Assembly: GCA_964016885.1 (NCBI GenBank)
Contig: OZ024741.1
Coordinates: 35,588,001-35,652,000, forward strand
Origin: Eledone cirrhosa
Taxonomy: Eukaryota
Length of the DNA: 64,000 nt
Direction of reading: 5' to 3'
Position 1 is the stretch's first letter. Every line of letters starts with the position of its first letter. Position numbers and translations under genes: made by a program. This document shows, piece after piece, positions 53,801 through 64,000 of the stretch. The notes beneath the pieces are model-generated. The model did not search any database. It saw only the letters and a program-made list of their open reading frames with translations, and had not been told where the DNA came from.

Positions 53801-56800
53801 AGTGACATTATACAGTACAGTCTATATACTATACATACAGTGACATTATACAGTACAGTCTATATACTATACATAGTGACATTATACAGTACAGTCTATA
53901 TACTATATATACAGTGAGATTATACAGTACAGTCTATATACTATACATACAGTGACATTATACAGTACAGTCTATATACTATATATACAGTGACATTATA
54001 CAGTACAGTCTATATACTATATATACAGTGACATTATACAGTACAGTCTATATACTATATATACAGTGACATTATACAGTACAGTCTATATACTATAGAT
54101 ACAGTGACATTATACAGTACAGTCTATATACTATACATACAGTGACATTATACAGTACAGTCTATATACTATACATACAGTGACATTATACAGTACAGTC
54201 TATATACTATACATAGTGACATTATACAGTACAGTCTATATACTATACACAGAGACATTATACAGTACAGTATATATACTATACATACAGTGACATTATA
54301 CAGTAGTCTATATACTATACATACAGTGGCATTATACAGTACAGTCTATATACTATAGATACGGTAACATTATACAGTACAGTCTATATACTATACATAC
54401 AGTGACATTATACAGTACAGTCTATATACTATATATACAGTGACATTATACAGTACAGTCTATATACTATACATACAGTGACATTATACAGTACAGTCTA
54501 TATACTATACATACAATGACATTATACAGTACAGTCTATATACTATACATACAGTGACATTATACAGTACAGTCTATATACTATACATACAGTGACATTA
54601 TACAGTACAGTCTATATACTATACATACAGTGGCATTATACAGTACAGTCTATATACTATACATACAGTGACATTATACAGTACAATCTATATACTATAT
54701 ATACAGTGACATTATACAGTACAGTCTATATACTATATATACAGTGACATTATACAGTAGAGTCTATATACTATAGATACAGTGACATTATACAGTACAG
54801 TCTATATACTATACATACAGTGACATTATACAGTACAGTCTATATACTATACATACAGTGACATTATACAGTACAGTCTATATACTATACATAGTGACAT
54901 TATACAGTACAGTCTATATACTATATATACAGTGACATTATACAGTACAGTCTATATACTATACATACAGAGACATTATACAGTACAGTCTATATACTAT
55001 ACATAGTGACATTATACAGTACAGTCTATATACTATATATACAGTGACATTATACAGTACAGTCTATATACTATACATACAGTGACATTATACAGTACAG
55101 TCGATATACTATACACACAGTGACATTATACAGTACAGTCTATATACTATACATAGTGACATTATACAGTACAGTTTATATACAATACATACAGTGACAT
55201 TATACAGTACAGTCTATATACTATACATACAGTGACATTATACAGTACAGTCTATATACTATATATACAGTGACATTATACAGTACAGTCTATATACTAT
55301 ACATACAGTGACATTATACAGTACAGTCTATATACTATACATAGTGACATTATACAGTACAGTCTATATACTATACATACAGTGACATTATACAGTACAG
55401 TCTATATACTATACATACAGTAACATTATACAGTACAGTCTATATACTATACATAGTGACATTATACAGTACAGTCTATATACTATATATACAGTGACAT
55501 TATACAGTACAGTCTATATACTATACATACAGTGACATTATACAGTACAGTCTATATACTATAGATACAGTGACATTATACAGTACTGTCTATATACTAT
55601 ACATACAGTGACATTATACAGTACAGTCTATATACTATACATACAGTGACATTATACAGTACAGTCTATATACTATACATAGTGACATTATACAGTACAG
55701 TCTATATACTATACACAGAGACATTATACAGTACAGTATATATACTATACATACAGTGACATTATACAGTAGTCTATATACTATACATACAGTGGCATTA
55801 TACAGTACAGTCTATATACTATAGATACGGTAACATTATACAGTACAGTCTATATACTATACATACAGTGACATTATACAGTACAGTCTATATACTATAT
55901 ATACAGTGACATTATACAGTACAGTCTATATACTATACATACAGTGACATTATACAGTACAGTCTATATACTATAAATACAGTGACATTATACAGTACAG
56001 TATATATACTATACATACAGTGACATTATACAGTACAGTCTATATACTATACATACAGTGACATTATACAGTACAATCTATATACTATATATACAGTGAC
56101 ATTATACAGTACAGTCTATATACTATACATACAGTGACATTATACAGTACAGTCTATATACTATACATACAGTGACATTATACAGTACAGTCTATATACT
56201 ATACATACAGTGACATTATACAGTACAGTCTATATACTATACATACAGTGACATTATACAGTACAGTCTATATACTATACATACAGTGACATTATACAGT
56301 ACAGTCTATATACTATACATACAGTGACATTATACAGTACAGTCTATATACTATACATACAGTGACATTATACAGTACAGTCTATATACTATACATACAG
56401 TGACATTATACAGTACAGTCTATATACTATACATACAGTGACATTATACAGTACAGTCTATATACTATACATAGTGACATTATACAGTGCAGTCTATATA
56501 CTATATATACAGTGACATTATACAGTACAGTCTATATACTATACATAGTGACATTATACAATACAGTCTATATACTATAGATACAGTGACATTATACAGT
56601 ACAGTCTATATACTATACATACAGTGTCATTATACAGTACAGTCTATATACTATACATACAGTGACATTATACAGTACAGTCTATATACTATACATACAG
56701 TGACATTATACAGTACAGTCTATATACTATACATAGTGACATTATACAGTACAGTCTATATACTATACATACAGTGATATTATACAGTACAGTCTATATA

Positions 56801-59800
56801 CTATACATAGTGACATTATACAGTACAGTCTATATACTATATATACAGTGACATTATACAGTACAGTCTATATACTATACATACAATGACATTATACAGT
56901 ACAGTCTATATACTATACATACAGTGACATTATACAGTACAGTCTATATACTATACATACAGTGGCATTATACAGTACAGTCTATATACGATACATACAG
57001 CGACATTATACAGTACAGTCTATATACTATACATACAGTGACATTATACAGTACAGTCTATATACTATATATACAGTGACATTATACAGTACAGTCTATA
57101 TACTATACATACAGTGACATTATACAGTACAGTCTATATACTATAAATACAGTGACATTATACAGTACAGTCTATATACTATACATACAGTGACATTACA
57201 CAGTACAGTCTATATACTATACATACAGTGACATTATACAGTACAGTCTATATACTATACATACAGTGACATTATACAGTACAGTCTATATACTATATAT
57301 ACAGTGACATTATACAGTACAGTCTATATACTATACATACAGTGACATTATACAATACAGTCTATATACTATACATACAGTGACATTATACAGTACAGTC
57401 TATATACTATACATACAGTGACATTATACAGTACAGTCTATATACTATATATACAGTGACATTATACAGCACAGTCTATATACTATACATACAGTGACAT
57501 TATACAGTACAGTCTATATACTATATATACAGTGACATTATACAGTACAGTCTATATACTATACATACAGTGACATTATACAGTACAGTCTATATACTAT
57601 ATATACAGTGACATTATACAGTACAGTCTATATACTATACATACAGTGACATTATACAGTACAGTCTATATACTATACATACAGCGACATTATACAGTAC
57701 AGTCTATCTACTATACATACAGTGACATTATACAGTAGAGTCTATATACTATACATAGTGACATTATACAGTACAGTCTATATACTATACATACAGTGAC
57801 ATTATACAGTAGTCTATATAATATACATACAGTGGCATTATACAGTACAGTCTATATACTATAGATACAGTGACATTATACAGTACAGTCTATATACTAT
57901 ACATACAGTGACATTATACAGTACAGTCTATATACTATACATACAGTGACATTATACAGTACAGTCTATATACTATACATAGTGACATTATACAGTACAG
58001 TCTATATACTATACATACAGTGACATTATACAGTACAGTCTATATACTATATATACAGTGACATTATACAGTACAGTCTATATACTATATATACAGTGAC
58101 ATTATACAGTACAGTCTATATACTATACATACAATGACATTATACAGTACAGTCTATATACTATACATACAGTGACATTATACAGTACAGTCTATATACT
58201 ATACATACAGTGGCATTATACAGTACAGTCTATATACGATACATACAGCGACATTATACAGTACAGTCTATATACTATACATACAGTGACATTATACAGT
58301 ACAGTCTATATACTATATATACAGTGACATTATACAGTACAGTCTATATACTATACATACAGTGACATTATACAGTACAGTCTATATACTATAAATACAG
58401 TGACATTATACAGTACAGTCTATATACTATACATACAGTGACATTACACAGTACAGTCTATATACTATACATACAGTGACATTATACAGTACAGTCTATA
58501 TACTATACATACAGTGACATTATACAGTACAGTCTATATACTATACATAGTGACATTATACAGTACAGTCTATATACTATATATACAGTGACATTATACA
58601 GTACAGTCTATATACTATACATACAGTGACATTATACAGTACAGTCTATATACTATACATACAGTGACATTATACAGTACAGTCTATATACTATACATAC
58701 AGTGACATTATACAGTACAGTCTATATACTATACATACAGTGACATTATACAGTACAGTCTATATACTATACATACAGTGATATTATACAGTACAGTCTA
58801 TATACTATACATAGTGACATTATACAGTACAGTCTATATACTATATATACAGTGACATTATACAGTAGTCTATATACTATAGATACAGTGACATTATACA
58901 GTACAGTCTATATACTATACATACAGTGACATTATACAGTACAGTCTATATACTATACATACAGTGACATTATACAGTACAGTCTATATACTATACATAC
59001 AGTGACATTATACAGTACAGTCTATATACTATACATACAGTGACATTATACAGTACAGTCTATATACTATACATAGTGACATTATACAGTACAGTCTATA
59101 TACTATATATACAGTGACATTATACAGTACAGTCTATATACTATACATAGTGACATTATACAATACAGTCTATATACTATAGATACAGTGACATTATACA
59201 GTACAGACTATATACTATACATACAGTGACATTATACAGTACAGTCTATATACTATACATAGTGACATTATACAGTACAGTCTATATACTATACATACAG
59301 TGACATTATACAGTACAGTCTATATACTATACATACGGTGACATTATACAGTACAGTCTATATACTATACATAGTGACATTATACAGTACAGTCTATATA
59401 CTATATATACAGTGACATTATACAGTACAGTCTATATACTATACACAGAGACATTATACAGTACAGTCTATATACTATACATACAGTGACATTATACAGT
59501 ACAGTCTATATACTATACATACAGTGACATTATACAGTACAGTCTATATACTATACATAGTGACATTATACAGTACAGTCTATATACTATATATACAGTG
59601 ACATTATACAGTACAGTCTATATACTATACATACAGAGACATTATACAGTACAGTCTATATACTATACATACAGTGACATTATACAGTACAGTCTATATA
59701 CTATACATAGTGACATTATACAGTACAGTCTATATACTATACATACAGTGACATTATACAGTACAGTCTATATACTATACATACGGTGACATTATACAGT

Positions 59801-62800
59801 ACAGTCTATATACTATACATAGTGACATTATACAGTACAGTCTATATACTATATATACAGTGACATTATACAATACAGTCTATATACTATACATAGTGAC
59901 ATTATACAGTACAGTCTATATACTATACATACAGCGACATTATACAGTACAGTCTATATACTATACATACAGTGACATTATACAGTACAGTCTATATACT
60001 ATACATACAGTGACATTATACAGTACAGTCTATATACTATACATAGTGACATTATACAGTACAGTCTATATACTATATATACAGTGAGATTATACAGTAC
60101 AGTCTATATACTATAGATACAGTGACATTATACAGTACAGTCTATATACTATACATACAGTGACATTATACAGTACAGTCTATATACTATACATACAGTG
60201 ACATTATACAGTACAGTCTATATACTATACATAGTGACATTATACAGTACAGTCTATATACTATACACAGAGACATTATACAGTACAGTATATATACTAT
60301 ACATACAGTGACATTATACAGTAGTCTATATACTATACATACAGTGGCATTATACAGTACAGTCTATATACTATAGATACGGTAACATTATACAGTACAG
60401 TCTATATAATATACATACAGTGACATTATACAGTACAGTCTATATACTATATATACAGTGACATTATACAGTACAGTCTATATACTATACATACAGTGAC
60501 ATTATACAGTACAGTCTATATACTATACATACAATGACATTATACAGTACAGTCTATATACTATACATACAGTGACATTATACAGTACAGTCTATATACT
60601 ATACATACAGTGACATTATACAGTACAGTCTATATACTATATATACAGTGACATTATCCAGTACAGTCTATATACTATACATACAGTGACATTATACAGT
60701 ACAGTCTATATACTATACATAGTGACATTATACAGTACAGTTTATATACTATATATACAGTGACATTATACAGTACAGTCTATATACTATACATACAGTG
60801 ACATTATACAGTAGAGTCTATATACTATAGATACAGTGACATTATACAGTACAGTCTATATACTATACATACAGTGGCATTATACAGTACAGTCTATATA
60901 CTATACATACAGCGACATTATACAGTACAGTCTATATACTATACACACAGTGACATCATAGAGTACAGTCTATATACTATATATACAGTGACATTATACA
61001 GTACAGTCTATATACTATACATACAGTGACATTATACAGTACAGTCTATATACTATAAATACAGTGACATTATACAGTACAGTATATATACTATACATAC
61101 AGTGACATTATACAGTACAGTCTATATACTATACATACAGTGACATTATACAGTACAATCTATATACTATATATACAGTGACATTATACAGTACAGTCTA
61201 TATACTATATATACAGTGACATTATACAGTAGAGTCTATATACTATAGATACAGTGACATTATACAGTACAGTCTATATACTATACATACAGTGACATTA
61301 TACAGTACAGTCTATATACTATACATAGTGACATTATACAGTACAGTCTATATACTATATATACAGTGACATTATACAGTACAGTCTATATACTATACAT
61401 ACAGAGACATTATACAGTACAGTCTATATACTATACATAGTGACATTATACAGTACAGTCTATATACTATATATACAGTGACATTATACAGTACAGTCTA
61501 TATACTATACATACAGTGACATTATACAGTACAGTCGATATACTATACACACAGTGACATTATACAGTACAGTCTATATACTATACATAGTGACATTATA
61601 CAGTACAGTTTATATACTATACATACAGTGACATTATACAGTACAGTCTATATACTATACATACAGTGACATTATACAGTACAGTCTATATACTATATAT
61701 ACAGTGACATTATACAGTACAGTCTATATACTATACATACAGTGACATTATACAGTACAGTCTATATACTATACATAGTGACATTATACAGTACAGTCTA
61801 TATACTATACATACAGTGACATTATACAGTACAGTCTATATACTATACATACAGTAACATTATACAGTACAGTCTATATACTATACATAGTGACATTATA
61901 CAGTACAGTCTATATACTATATATACAGTGACATTATACAGTACAGTCTATATACTATACATACAGTGACATTATACAGTACAGTCTATATACTATAGAT
62001 ACAGTGACATTATACAGTACTGTCTATATACTATACATACAGTGACATTATACAGTACAGTCTATATACTATACATACAGTGACATTATACAGTACAGTC
62101 TATATACTATACATAGTGACATTATACAGTACAGTCTATATACTATACACAGAGACATTATACAGTACAGTATATATACTATACATACAGTGACATTATA
62201 CAGTAGTCTATATACTATACATACAGTGGCATTATACAGTACAGTCTATATACTATAGATACGGTAACATTATACAGTACAGTCTATATACTATACATAC
62301 AGTGACATTATACAGTACAGTCTATATACTATATATACAGTGACATTATACAGTACAGTCTATATACTATACATACAGTGACATTATACAGTACAGTCTA
62401 TATACTATAAATACAGTGACATTATACAGTACAGTATATATACTATACATACAGTGACATTATACAGTACAGTCTATATACTATACATACAGTGACATTA
62501 TACAGTACAATCTATATACTATATATACAGTGACATTATACAGTACAGTCTATATACTATACATACAGTGACATTATACAGTACAGTCTATATACTATAC
62601 ATACAGTGACATTATACAGTACAGTCTATATACTATACATACAGTGACATTATACAGTACAGTCTATATACTATACATACAGTGACATTATACAGTACAG
62701 TCTATATACTATACATACAGTGACATTATACAGTACAGTCTATATACTATACATACAGTGACATTATACAGTACAGTCTATATACTATACATACAGTGAC

Positions 62801-64000
62801 ATTATACAGTACAGTCTATATACTATACATACAGTGACATTATACAGTACAGTCTATATACTATACATACAGTGACATTATACAGTACAGTCTATATACT
62901 ATACATAGTGACATTATACAGTGCAGTCTATATACTATATATACAGTGACATTATACAGTACAGTCTATATACTATACATAGTGACATTATACTATACAG
63001 TCTATATACTATAGATACAGTGACATTATACAGTACAGTCTATATACTATACATACAGTGACATTATACAGTACAGTCTATATACTATACATACAGTGAC
63101 ATTATACAGTACAGTCTATATACTATACATACAGTGACATTATACAGTACAGTCTATATACTATACATAGTGACATTATACAGTACAGTCTATATACTAT
63201 ACATACAGTGACATTATACAGTACAGTCTATATACTATACATACGGTGACATTATACAGTACAGACTATATACTATACATAGTGACATTATACAGTACAG
63301 TCTATATACTATATATACAGTGACATTATACAGTACAGTCTATATACTATACATACAGTGACATTATACAGTACAGTCTATATACTATACATACAGTGAT
63401 ATTATACAGTACAGTCTATATACTATACATAGTGACATTATACAGTACAGTCTATATACTATATATACAGTGACATTATACAGTACAGTCTATATACTAT
63501 ACATACAGAGACATTATACAGTACAGTCTATATACTATACATAGTGACATTATACAGTACAGTCTATATACTATATATACAGTGACATTATACAGTACAG
63601 TCTATATACTATACATACAGTGACATTATACAGTACAGTCTATATACTATAGATACAGTGACATTATACAGTACAGTCTATATACTATACATACAGTGAC
63701 ATTATACAGTACAGTCTATATACTATACATACAGTGACATTATACAGTACAGTCTATATACTATACATAGTGACATTATACAGTACAGTCTATATACTAT
63801 ACATACAGTGACATTATACAGTACAGTCTATATACTATAGATACAGTGACATTATACAGTACAGTCTATATACTATACATACAGTGACATTATACAGTAC
63901 AGTCAATATACTATACATAGTGACATTATACAGTACAGTCTATATACTATATATACAGTGACATTATCCAGTACAGTCTATATACTATACATACTGTGAC
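47837..64000. repeat. 38-bp satellite array, >16 kb, running off the window end
   Basis: Consensus atacagtgacattatacagtacagtctatatactatac with 36-bp deletion variants; three TACAGT sub-motifs per unit. Confidence 0.99.

Overview
AT-rich, repeat-dense animal genomic DNA; the repeat families and (CAT)n/(ATG)n tails suggest a mollusc, probably an octopus (inference). The only identifiable host gene is on the minus strand: the last six coding exons (34286 down to 20791, 240 codons plus stop, all GT-AG and phase-compatible) of a PDE9-like cyclic-nucleotide phosphodiesterase. Its upstream exons were not found in the window. One unassigned plus-strand exon candidate lies at 2727-2828. The rest is RTE-clade LINE copies (several with a PHD-like C4HC3 finger inside ORF2), many short copies of their 3' UTR, tRNA-derived SINEs, a decayed Tc1/mariner element, a CRE-type LINE 3' fragment, TTAA-flanked MITEs, micro/minisatellites and a >16 kb 38-bp satellite with higher-order structure. 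The most notable non-coding signal is a ~900 bp cluster (12767-13643) interleaved with (TA)n. It holds two apparently intact minimal type I hammerhead ribozymes of different sequence, an inverted pair of decayed hammerheads, and a ~360 bp spacerless palindrome built around a probable hammerhead 3' half. Further decayed hammerhead-like relics occur elsewhere. This pattern fits Penelope-like/retrozyme-type non-autonomous elements. All calls were made by eye; no folding or database searches were run.
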